Shown here: piece after piece, positions 42,131-53,589 of the stretch
How positions within the stretch are numbered: position 1 is the first letter of the stretch
Layout of the letters: each line of letters starts with the position of its first letter
Assembly: GCF_006345805.1 (NCBI RefSeq)
Contig: NC_042999.1
Span: forward strand, 173,228,001-173,292,000
DNA: 64,000 nt
Direction: 5' to 3'
From: Octopus sinensis
Taxonomy: Eukaryota
Made by a program: the position numbers and the translations under genes
Notes under the pieces: model-generated
What the model saw: only the letters and a program-made list of their open reading frames with translations
The model's database searches: none
What the model was told of the DNA's origin: nothing

Positions 42131-43021
42131 TGTAGTGACAACAATAAGTATCCAGACTGTTGCTATAGTGACGACACTAAAGCAGGAAGAGTGAAGCCGC
42201 TTGGCACAGTTTGACCATAATCTTTGCTCTGTATACGCACTAAGTTTTAACTCTCTAGCTCCTTTCTGCTGCTTACAGCAGTGCATCGAAGGAACGTGAG
42301 TAGCGCGTGATCGTCGCATTAACCACGACAGAGAGTTGAGCAGAGAACCTGCCTCAAATTTTACCAAAAGCTTGGCGATACCTGATCAGAAGCCTACGCA
42401 ACGTTTTCCAAAAGTTTTCATTTTTCTCGACACAATCAAGGGGATCATGTGCAACTGAAACCCGAGTGTCTTTTTGGTTAGCTGAAAGCAGTTTTGACAC
42501 AAACTTGGTAGACACGCGTCTCATACACAAATCTTCAGTGATAATGCACTGGACTGAATCGTAACTAATCTACACATTTTCTGATAACTCATAGATGGTG
42601 ATGCGACGATTTCCCCTCGCTGCTGCACGCACATCTGCAATGTTTTTCTCAGTTCAGCTGGTTGCGGGTCTCTCAGAACGTTTGTCAATATTGACATTTT
42701 CGGTTATCTTGGAAACGCCTGAACCACTTGTACACTTGGGTCCAGCTCATACACTCCTCTTCATACATCTTCTGCAAGTTTGAGTTGGCCTCTGGGCAGG
42801 TATCGCCATGAGAAGTTTCTCTGTCAAGGCCAATGCGACGATCACAAGCTACACACCTTTCTTCCTAGCACTGCTGTAAACAGCAGAAGTGAGCTAGAAC
42901 GTTAAAACTTAGTGCGAAGGTACAGTAGAGTTTAAGAAGAATCTGTGCAATGGGGCTTTCCTCTGCGTGATTTAGCGTCGTTATTATGGTAACAGTCCGG
43001 ATATTTATTGATCAGACCTCG
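42131..43021 (-). mobile_element. Mariner deletion derivative made of two convergent 5' ends
   Basis: Right TIR reads tacgaggtctgatcaataaatatccggactgtt on the minus strand. N-terminal transposase remnant: VYKWFRRF, RRITIYELSENV, MRRVSTKFVSKLL. The left ~270 bp is an inverted, diverged copy of the right end. Confidence 0.85.
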
Positions 43022-45597
43022 TACATTATGTTAAGATATTTTTGTAATATAACCTTTATTTTCCTATACGTTTTAAAGCATAATAATTAATAATTATGAT
43101 AATATAATACAGGCTATGAATGAAAACAAAAGTAACTGATGTTAAAAATATTCTTTACAAAGTGACATGTGAAAGAAGACTATCGATCAACGCCAATTCT
43201 GAACACGTGGAATACAACGCTAAAGTAACTTCGATCAAAATGGTTATCAGTTTTAAAACCGACAATGACGATTTTAGCTGTTACATCTTTCTCGCGATCG
43301 CTCGTTGATTACTAAAAACGCACAATTGTGATCAGCTTATCAGAATTTCAAATTGAGAAACTCTTAAAATGTTATTGCACTGAAGAATGTTATTGACGCA
43401 ATCGTGGTTTTTGAAGGTCGAAAACTATGAAAAAGTTATTAAGCATTAATAGTCTTGTCTCCCATGATTGCAGGAAAAACTGGTCCTTCTATGTGTGTTC
43501 ATGCATGTATGCACTGCATGTGTGAAAGAGAGAGAGAGAGAGAGAGGGAGAGTAGACACGCAAAGAGATTACATGCGTGTATGTATACACACATTTCCCT
43601 TTGTAGATTTACGAGCGTGCATGGTGCAGTCGCGTGTCTAGAAACATCAATATGTTTATATAGTATCTATTTGTGTGTATGTGAGTTATAGAATGTAGTC
43701 ACCACTTCGTACGGACAAATTTGTTACTGAAATAATGCACGCATATATGTGTATATATATTTATGTATCTTTGTATGTTTGTGTACCGTATATATGTTGC
43801 AGTATGTGCGTACCTCTATATATAACTATGTAAATTATTTTATTTATATGTAAGTGTCCGTTTGATATTAGTCGATATATTGATAATTTATTTGCAAAGA
43901 GATCATAGAAGTAAGATACTTCTACATTATATCAGTAGAAAGATGTTACTTAGATAATCTTTTTTTTTTATTTTCTTGTTCAATATCGAAATATTGTAAT
44001 AATCTTTGCTTGGAAACTTTACGTATTTACCCCAGATTATTTCTGGTTACAAATCTATATATCACGTAAATGAAAATCGTTCCAGTTTGTTTTGAATTTA
44101 ATAATGATAACGTTGCCTGAACAATTTTACATCAAATGCAAATCAGAGTAGTTTTGTCAATCGTTCCTCAGCAGTTCGTTTTCGAAGGTAGAAAATAAGT
44201 AAGTAAATAAGTAAATAAATTAATAGAAAAAAATGAGTAAATAAAATCAAAGAGAATGTTATCAATATTTCCATTTGTAAGATTGACTACTATATAACTT
44301 CGGCTTATTTCCAATAGCTCGAATATTCTTCCGTACATTATATGATTCAAAGTATTTGAAGATTAAATCTGCAAAGTGTTTACGAGCAATTGATTCCGTT
44401 ACATTACATTTTATACCCCATGTTAGCGTATCTACAAAAAGGATTGCAAATGAATTGAGCAAGTCTCTGAATTTAGTTAGATCGAAGAAGCGACTTTACG
44501 ATTATCAAGTTTAAATATCCCAGCGCATCATACATGTTTCTTCCAGATCAAACGATATTCTATAGAACATAAACAATTTTTTTCTTCTTTTCAGAAAGTA
44601 TATTTGTTATCTTTAGATTAAAAAAATTGAAGGATGTAAAAAGTTGCGCCTGTAACCATTTAGGTCTACGTTTTGAACGCGTATTCTGTATTCCACAACA
44701 TTTTAAAAAAATCATAAATATATAGAATATGTGCCAGCAGTAATGAACTGATGACAGATAAAGCTCACGCAGGTAGCTATTAATTTAGCGCTAGAAATAT
44801 TTCATTCGAATAATTTGTCTAAAGTGTAGCATATTCCATTTACAAACGTTTTGGATCTTCAAAAGAGATATAATATGAAATTTTTAGTCATTTCGTTTCT
44901 GTATGTTTACATGTTTATTTTTCTTTTTAACACTCTAAATAAATATTTGAGCGATACAAATTGATGTCTCTATAAGAGTATTTCAGATTGGTATTTTTGA
45001 TAAAGCTTTCCTTTGTTTTTATTTCATTTTGAAGTTCAACAATGCTAAGAATATTTAAATTGATTTCATCTTTTGCTTTAGGGAAAATAAAATATCACGG
45101 TGAAGAGAAACGAAAATAAAGTTTGATAAGGTGAATTAACATTCGCTTAAAAGAAAGATTATTTATTATAGATATTTAATTAATTATTTCTCATAATTTT
45201 AAAAACAAAAATATTTGTCACAATAGACTCTACTCAAACGTGCTGCTATAAGTCACTTAATATTATGTTTATGAGTTGAAATTGATGAATAATCGAAATA
45301 TTTTAACCCTCCCTCTCCTACAACAAACAATTTTATGTATTTAATATGTGTATGTGTGTTTGTGTGTCTGTGTGAGTGTGTTTACAACCACACACAATGC
45401 CTCTGAGCGGCATTTTGCCCGTTCTTACATTCTGAGCTCAGAATCTGAGTAAAATCCCTAGGATCGATATAAACAATATTCTCTCCCTAAAATTGCTGGC
45501 CTTGTGTTAAAATGTAAAACCACTATATATTTATGTTTTACTAGTACTGTGAATATCTGAATTTCAAATCTGATCTTGAATCTATACACTGTTCAGT

Positions 45598-45633
<36 letters not shown>

Positions 45634-47284
45634 GGCGCGTGTATAGTAGAGACTATATTTGTTGTACAGCGATACTAGTAATAAAACTTCAGGCTCGGTA
45701 GAGTATCCTACATCCCACTTCTATATCCAATGAACTATGATGCGGAATGTCAAATATGAGGATAGATCATGGTGCGAAATATGAGCCTCAATATAGTATT
45801 AATGAAATACAGAAAAGAGGAAACCTTCCCAAGTAAGCGGACGGAGAAACACTATAAAAACATAAGAAGGTGTGTTATTACATTTCTGGTCCTACGCTGA
45901 TATGTGAACATATATATATGAGAATTTCATGCCTGTGTCGTTAAATTCCCAAGGGAATATCATAATATAACAGTGCAACATCGACTTCTTGATGTGCCGG
46001 ATTGCACCTGCACTAGAACTATATTGTACACAATATTGTATTAGTTGATGCGATTGCATCAACCTTCCTCTTTGACCGCTCAGCGATACGTGTCTTTCTA
46101 ATGAAGTAAGTTATTGAGTTAGGATTTCGCGAGAGAATAAAGGAAAACTAATTTTATTTTGAGCTTACTGAAAATCGATTGAAAATAACTTCTTGCAACA
46201 TTCGTATACTTTCTGAAAGCAGAAAGACGATTCACTAATTTTTTATCCAACTATATCTGAGTCTTAATGGTTCCTGGTACTCGAAATATTAGTAGCACTT
46301 TATTCACTATCGACACACATCTTGCACATTAATCCCTTCAGGATTGGGCTTCTTCTCTCTCCGAGACGTATGCTGTCTCTCATTACCCTTGCACTATGCA
46401 TCTACTCATACTTCGATTCAGAGCGACATCAAGCGTTATGATAATTATTACTGAAACCGTGCTATAGATATATAGGCAGAGATATATTTAAATACTTCAG
46501 TCTTGCAACTGACACTTCAGTCATGAAGTTATTTTCAATCGATTTTCAGTAAGCTCAAAATAAAATAGGCTTGGTAAGCTTTACGCCATTCAGTGAAGGA
46601 AATTTTTCTTTATATTTTGTGAGAGGCTTCTTCGAACTGGTGTGTACTTGGAGATACAAAGCATCACCGTGTACGAATATTATAGCATAGCCATGTTGGT
46701 TATCATTTTGCACTCTCATGAATTTCATATTCGTACGATGACATCTCTCTCTTTCTCTTTCTCTTTTTCTCCCAGATTTTCCATAATTCTCCATAACTTA
46801 TTTACTCTAGGAAACTTTGTAAACTAAAATCTTTTGTTTTTGTCCTGATGACAGAAACAGAATTAGTTTCTTTAAAACTGTTGCTTTATCCATTATCTTT
46901 TCAATCTAAAATATGCGTCTGTGCAAATTTACTGCTACTACTGCTGTCTTTTAAAACATTTGGTGAAGTGTTCGAAATACTTATTTTTCCTGTTGAAATT
47001 CTTTTTAAAATTATTTCTATTCTTTATTTATATTGAAAAAATTCATTTTAATGCTATAATATATATTTGTAAAATGTTTTTTTACTTCCCTTTAGTAATC
47101 TGTTAATTTCATTTAAATTAAAACCATGCACGCTAATTTTTGTCTGCCTGTCTTGTACGAGTAGATACGAATATTTCCGTACCTAACAATGTGTCAAAAG
47201 TTTATATCATCTCGGAAAAAACAGTTCGCTTCATAAAGTTACATTAAAACAACATCTGACGTTTAAGAAGCCAATAATAATTAT

Positions 47285-47390
47285 TATTATAAAAATGATG
47301 ATGATGATGATGATGATTATAAGGAGGAGGAGGAGAAGAAGAAGAAGAAGAAGAAGAGAAGAAGAAGAAGAAGAAGAAGAAGAAGATAAA
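47285..47390. repeat. (GAT)n/(GAG)n/(GAA)n microsatellite
   Basis: Directly visible. Confidence 0.95.
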
Positions 47391-47907
47391 ATATAAAAGC
47401 ATGAAAATATAGAACACATATTGCGTATGAAAACAATCAAATTTCTCATTTCGGTGATAAAGGGTATATACAAGTTCCTGGATCATTAATCTTCAACAGC
47501 AATAGGATAATCCAGCATCTATATCCATTGTGAAATTGTATTTAAATGTTGTTGCACTAACTGCTACAGACATAAATTGAGGACGTCTTTATTTCTTCAC
47601 AGCGGAAAAGGTATCCGATATTTCAGACATTGTGTCTCATTTATAAGAATAACAACAGTAGTCATAATTACAATTTTAAAGTAGCTTTACACAGCCGAGT
47701 ATCCAATTGCTGATGAGGCTTAATGATCCAGACAAGGCGACATACAGTTGGTCCCTGGTTTATTGTCCACTCTGAGATTACGTAATAAACATGCTGGTCT
47801 TTAATATGACATACGTATACACGCTTATATGTGCATATGTGCATAGTGAGTGTTTTTGTATAAACGCATATGCCCACAAAGGATTAGGGATGCTAAAAGA
47901 ACTGGAA

Positions 47908-47948
<41 letters not shown>

Positions 47949-48116
47949 CATATATATATATATGTGTGTAGATATATGTGTGCGTGTGCTTGCATGTTGG
48001 CTTGTATGTGTATGTGTATTGTATATATATATGTATATATATGTGTGTATGTATATATGTGTGTGTGTATGTATGAGTATGTGTATATATGTGTATGTAT
48101 ATATATATATACATAT

Positions 48117-48167
<51 letters not shown>

Positions 48168-48169
<2 letters not shown>

Positions 48170-48495
48170 CGATAGTCTTCTTATTTACCTAAAACTCTAT
48201 TCTATTATTCTATTTATTCATTTATCTACTTTATCACTGATTCTTTTGACCGCTCCCCTAAGAAAGACAGTTTGTGCCCTGCCTACCCCAAAAAAGTCCC
48301 CCACCACCACCCCATTAAATCTGCCTAAATGTATAAATGCCAAAACTATTCTTGACACCAAGCTTCCTGATGATTTCATTTGAATGAAACAGTTCTAGTC
48401 CTGTAGAAGCTCCTTCTATAAAATAAATTAATTTACTCTGCTATGTATTGAATACCTTATTTACTGTGGTTAACCCCGACTCAACCCGGGACCTA
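48168..48495 (+). mobile_element. Short Penelope-LTR-like insert between (TA)n tracts, carrying a hammerhead
   Basis: Unique ~330-bp segment bounded by (TA)n on both sides, with an HHR at 48361-48411. Confidence 0.5.
48361..48411 (+). ncRNA. Monomer-type type I hammerhead (cut after A48405), base of stem II mismatched
   Basis: AGCTTC-CTGATGA-t-TTC-attt-GAA-t-GAAA-CAG-ttctagtc-CTG-TA|GAAGCT. Stem I is 6 bp and stem III is 4 bp. Position 10.1/11.1 is U-U instead of G-C. Confidence 0.65.
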
Positions 48496-48496
48496 C

Positions 48497-48546
<50 letters not shown>

Positions 48547-48909
48547 AATACGTACATACATAATATATGTATATAGGGAGAATATGTGGGATTTTGTTCA
48601 CTGGTGATCTAAACGAATAGATACGCCGTTATAAATTGGTCGACTCTTAGGTTATAACATCACAGCTAAGGCTGGATCTAGGCATCCGTATTACAGTTCC
48701 CTTATAGCAGGTACATATTATAGTAGAGGAAAAAATCAGAACCCCTAAAATCTGGCCACCTAACTTCCAAACAGCAATCGCCTTGATTAATCCTTTAACA
48801 CCAAAGATGAACAGAAGGCAAAGATTATGGCAACATTCACCACTTAAACGAGGAAACGGTCCAGAAGAGTTGCTAGAGATTCCGAAGATTTACTCTGTGG
48901 TATTTCAAG

Positions 48910-48948
<39 letters not shown>

Positions 48949-49178
48949 ATATAATATATATATATAACAATGATATATATCAAAGTGAGTTATATACAGT
49001 AGCGGTAACACATCGTGACGTATATTTGCCATCTCAATATGGCTACCCCTAAGGGTGGATGCTACTGTAGTTTTTAGCCCCAGGAGGACACACTCCTCCA
49101 GCTGGCCATAGACACACTTTCTGTGTCCTGTCAGTATTTGCAAAGGGAAGTCATCCTTCCCGTCTTCAACTTATGATA

Positions 49179-49223
49179 CACACGGACTCGAGTTTCGAGG
49201 TATTGACCTCTCGTCAGCGTGTG
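49179..49223 (-). ncRNA. Canonical minimal type I hammerhead
   Basis: Minus strand CACACG-CTGACGA-GAGGT-caat-ACCTC-GAAA-CTCGAG-TC|CGTGTG. Confidence 0.92.
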
Positions 49224-49530
49224 ACAATCATAGTTGTCGGCGAGAATTAGATTTCCTTCACAAATACTTATACTTTTTCCAGCGTCCACTGTCGCTGATA
49301 TTGAAAAAGTGAAATCAAACAATGATAAATATCAAAGTGAGTTATATACAGTAGCGGTAACACATCGTGAGGTATATTTGCCATCTCAATATGGCTACCC
49401 CTAAGGGTGGATGCTACTGTAGATTTTAGCCCCAGGAGGACACACTCCTCCAGCTGGCCATAGACACACTTTCTGTGTCCTGTCAGTATTTGCAAAGGGA
49501 AGTCATCCTTCCCGTCTTCAACTTATGATA

Positions 49531-49575
49531 CACACGGACTCGAGTTTCGAGGTATTGACCTCTCGTCAGCGTGTG
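49531..49575 (-). ncRNA. Canonical minimal type I hammerhead
   Basis: Identical 45-nt motif. Confidence 0.92.
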
Positions 49576-49881
49576 ACAATCATAGTTGTCGGCGAGAATT
49601 AGATTTCCTTCACAAATACTTATACTTTTTCCAGCGTCCACCGTCGCTGATATTGAAAAAGTGAAATCAAACAATGATAAATATCAAAGTGAGTTATATA
49701 CAGTAGCGGTAACACATCGTGAGGTATATTTGCCATCTCAATATGGCTACCCCTAAGGGTGGATGCTACTGTAGTTTTTAGCCCCAGGAGGACACACTCC
49801 TCCAGCTGGCCATAGACACACTTTCTGTGTCCTGTCAGTATTTGCAAAGGGAAGTCATCCTTCCGTCTTCAACTTATGATA

Positions 49882-49926
49882 CACACGGACTCGAGTTTCG
49901 AGGTATTGACCTCTCGTCAGCGTGTG
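49882..49926 (-). ncRNA. Canonical minimal type I hammerhead
   Basis: Identical 45-nt motif. Confidence 0.92.
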
Positions 49927-50164
49927 ACAATCATAGTTGTCGGCGAGAATTAGATTTCCTTCACAAATACTTATACTTTTTCCAGCGTCCACTGTCGCTG
50001 ATATTGAAAAAGTGAAATCAAACAATGATAAATATCAAAGTGAGTTATATACAGTAGCGGTAACACATCGTGACGTATATTTGCCATCTCAATATGGCTA
50101 CCCCTAAGGGTAAATTATAAGTATTTGTGAAGGAAATCTAATTCTCGCCGACAACTATGATTGT

Positions 50165-50209
50165 CACACGCTGACGAGAGGTCAATACCTCGAAACTCGA
50201 GTCCGTGTG
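50165..50209 (+). ncRNA. Canonical minimal type I hammerhead (cut after C50203)
   Basis: Identical 45-nt motif on the plus strand. Confidence 0.92.
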
Positions 50210-50516
50210 TATCATAAGTTGAAGACGGGAAGGATGACTTCCCTTTGCAAATACTGACAGGACACAGAAAGTGTGTCTATGGCCAGCTGGGTGAGTGTGT
50301 CCTCCTGGGGCTAAAAACTACAGTAGCATCCACCCTTAGGGGTAGCCATATTGAGATGGCAAATATACGTCACGATGTGTTACCACTACTGTATATAACT
50401 CACTTTGATATTTATCATTGTTTGATTTCACTTTTTCAATATCAGCGACAGTGGACGCTGGAAAAAGTATAAGTATTTGTGAAGGAAATCTAATTCTCGC
50501 CGACAACTATGATTGT

Positions 50517-50561
50517 CACACGCTGACGAGAGGTCAATACCTCGAAACTCGAGTCCGTGTG
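50517..50561 (+). ncRNA. Canonical minimal type I hammerhead (cut after C50555)
   Basis: Identical 45-nt motif on the plus strand. Confidence 0.92.
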
Positions 50562-50721
50562 TATCATAAGTTGAAGACGGGAAGGATGACTTCCCTTTGC
50601 AAATACTGACAGGACACAGAAAGTGTGTCTATGGCCAGCTGGAGGAGTGTGTCCTCCTGGGGCTAAAAACTACAGTAGCATCCACCCTTAGGGGTAGCCA
50701 TATTGAGATGGCAAATATACG

Positions 50722-50770
<49 letters not shown>

Positions 50771-51019
50771 GGAAAAAGAAGTCAAGATAGAAAATGCTAA
50801 AATAATTTTATAAAAACACTTCAGTACCGGTTTCAGACATTGAGACTGTTTCAACTGTAACAATTAAACAATTAGATTTAGAAAAATTAAAAGAAAAGGT
50901 TTTTAAAAGAATATTTGTGTAGTGTTCAAATACAAGTGGCATTTTCCTTGTATCTGCCTGTTTCTGTCTCTCTTGTTAACTCTCGTGGGTTCGAGGTCGT
51001 TGCGATTTCTTGGTAGGGA

Positions 51020-51395
51020 AGAAGAAAAAGAAGAAAAAGAAGAAGAAGAAGAAGAAGAAGAAGAAGACGAAGAAGAAGAAGAAGAAGAAGAAGAATGAAG
51101 AAGAAGAAGAAGAAGAAGAAGAGAAGAAGAAGAAGAAGAAGAAGAAGGGGGAGGAGAAGAAGAATGTGGGAGTGCCATGACAGCAGTAGTTTGAATGGTC
51201 AGCTAATGGACCCTCAGTGGATGGTAGCAGTCGCTGTTCAATTCATGAAAATATTTCTTTTGAATGCTTATAGAATTTGCGTAGGTGTTATTCTAAACAG
51301 CATTAGTGATAAAGTTAGGAAGGAGAAGGAAGGAGACGAAGAGAAAGAAGAAGAAGGAGACGAAGGAGAAGAAGGAGAAGAAGAAAGAGAATAAG
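51020..51395. repeat. (GAA)n-rich tracts
   Basis: Directly visible. Confidence 0.9.
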
Positions 51396-51489
51396 GAGTG
51401 TAGGTAGTGTGAATGTAGTAAGGAGTTAAATACTTAAAATTGGCATGTTATGGATTATATATATATACACACACATATGTATTTATACA

Positions 51490-51590
<101 letters not shown>

Positions 51591-53283
51591 TAAATTAAAA
51601 ATAAATAAAACATATGATATATAAATACATATATGTACGTACCTAACTCTACATGTATATATACATGCATATATGGGTACAGGACACCAAAAAACAATGA
51701 GAAACGAAAACATAAACACAAAACCAAGGAAATGGACATTTTTTTAAACAACGAAAAAATAGAGTACAGGACATACAAAACAAGAAAAATGCCCCTTCTT
51801 CAGTCACCTTAATTTCATCAAGGCGATACATGACTTTCATGAAATTTTGCTTCCCGCGAAAATCAAATTAAATAAAATTTGAGATTTTTTTGCGGAGGGG
51901 TAAAAATGGTAACAAAAACAGGACAGTAACGACTGTACAAAATATAAACAGTGAAAGACAGGACACGGAGAATAACAGTAACACAAACAAGAAGGACTGT
52001 TAAGCCAAACGAGATAATTTTTTTTTTATATATATGTAGATTTCTTTTGAATGCTTATAGAATTTGCGTAGGTGTTATTCGAAACAGCATTAGTGATAAA
52101 GTTACGTATGCTAGCATGCTCGCAGACGCAAAAGCGTGGGAACCACATGATGCCTTACGTTGCTCAACTGTATCCCTGTTGTTCATTTCGTTTTCTTTCA
52201 TAATTATTCCTCTTCATGCTCATGCACATTCACTTGCACATAGAGATACACACACAATGTGTGGATGCTTATGTGTGTGACTCTCTTCCACCCGTTTTCT
52301 ATCACCTTCACGCACATACATACATACACACATACATACATATGTGTGTATACGCACATTCTTATGCTTGTAGGGATGAATACACACACACACATACACG
52401 CGCGCGCGCACACACAATGTATATACATACATCTGTATGTTAGAGGGAGAGTGGGTGTCTTAGATCAGATTGTATTTACTGTGTGATATTTTTAATAGAT
52501 GCTGTTTGCTCTTGATATTTTCTTCTGTTATTTTCACATATACATATTTCTATTTCGATCGTGCATCATTTTTCTATCTTTCACTGATTTTAGTTACATC
52601 GTTGCAAATGTGGCGTCATCATTGTTCCTCTTACGAATAAATGGAACTAAGGAAGACAAATTTTTTTTTAAACATACAATTAAACAGGTGTTGAAATATA
52701 TTTCATATTCGGCGGATTTGACACCGATTGTGTTATTAATCATCCGAATTATACGAGGAGTTTCCGAAATTGTTTCTAAAATAAGAACATTCTTGAGATT
52801 GTTAAAGCTTCAGTAAACGTGATATAAAGCTGAGGTGTCAGTTGGAAAAATAATAACAATTATTTAGTTTGTGACGAAACCTATATTTGAGACATCACTT
52901 GGTTGAGTGGATGGAACTCTGGATTATGAGAGGAGTTATTTCCATTGCGTATCCTGCACCACCACACTGGCTCTACAGTAATCTGTATGACTTCGGGATT
53001 TTAAGTGTTTTACGCTTACAGAGATCAGTAGCAGCCTCTACTACATAATCCTATACCTCTTGTTTGGAATATTCAGCTGATTATATATGTAATGTATCTC
53101 TGTAATGTATATTCTGCAAAACAGACAAGAAATGTCATCTGAAATACTTTTGCCCATAATCTATACATATGACTTTGAAATGGGCGAGTCTTTCTTGTCT
53201 TTGAATTCACGGTCAAACGGCTGGATGAAATTGCACGAAAAATTACACAGATGTGTAGAATGATTCGGTGGTGATGCTAGGCT

Positions 53284-53440
53284 TTTCATAGCCCCCATGG
53301 TTACCGAGATAATCTGCTATAATAATGCTCTTGTGCTTATGAATGAGAAAGGAAGGGGTGATGTCATATTTTTTCATAGCTCCCATGGTTACAGAGATAA
53401 TCTACTCTTGTGTTTATGAATGAGAAGGGAAGGGGTGATA
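53284..53440. repeat. ~87-bp imperfect tandem duplication
   Basis: ttttcatagc.cccatggttac.gagataatct...tatgaatgagaa.ggaaggggtgat x2. Confidence 0.8.
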
Positions 53441-53589
53441 GATGAATAAGGAAGAGGTGATGTTATACTTGGTATTGGGATGATGAAAATTATATGCTGA
53501 ATAAATAAAACAGCGTTTCAACTCTGTGTGAATATATGCGTGTGTATGTAAAATGGGGTATGTGAATGTGTATTTGTGTGTGCGAGTAC

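Larger units (their letters stand above)
48965..50725. mobile_element. 352-bp tandem array (~3.3 units) fused to an inverted run (~1.7 units), one hammerhead per unit (non-LTR retrozyme-like)
   Basis: caaagtgagtt at 48981, 49333, 49685 and 50036. The strand switches at 50111/50116, and the inverted run is 50116-50725. (TA)n flanks both sides. Confidence 0.92.

Noticed and set aside
44746-44805. CTGATGA...GAAA
   Set aside because: No consistent stems I-III.
46843-46865. CTGATGACAGAAAC
   Set aside because: Only 2 nt between the boxes, so stem II cannot form.
49131-50800. Repeated 63-75 aa ORFs (MQILTGHRK..., MFDFTFSIS...) in the 352-bp array
   Set aside because: Short, non-ATG starts in several cases, no recognisable domain, and they recur only because the DNA repeats.
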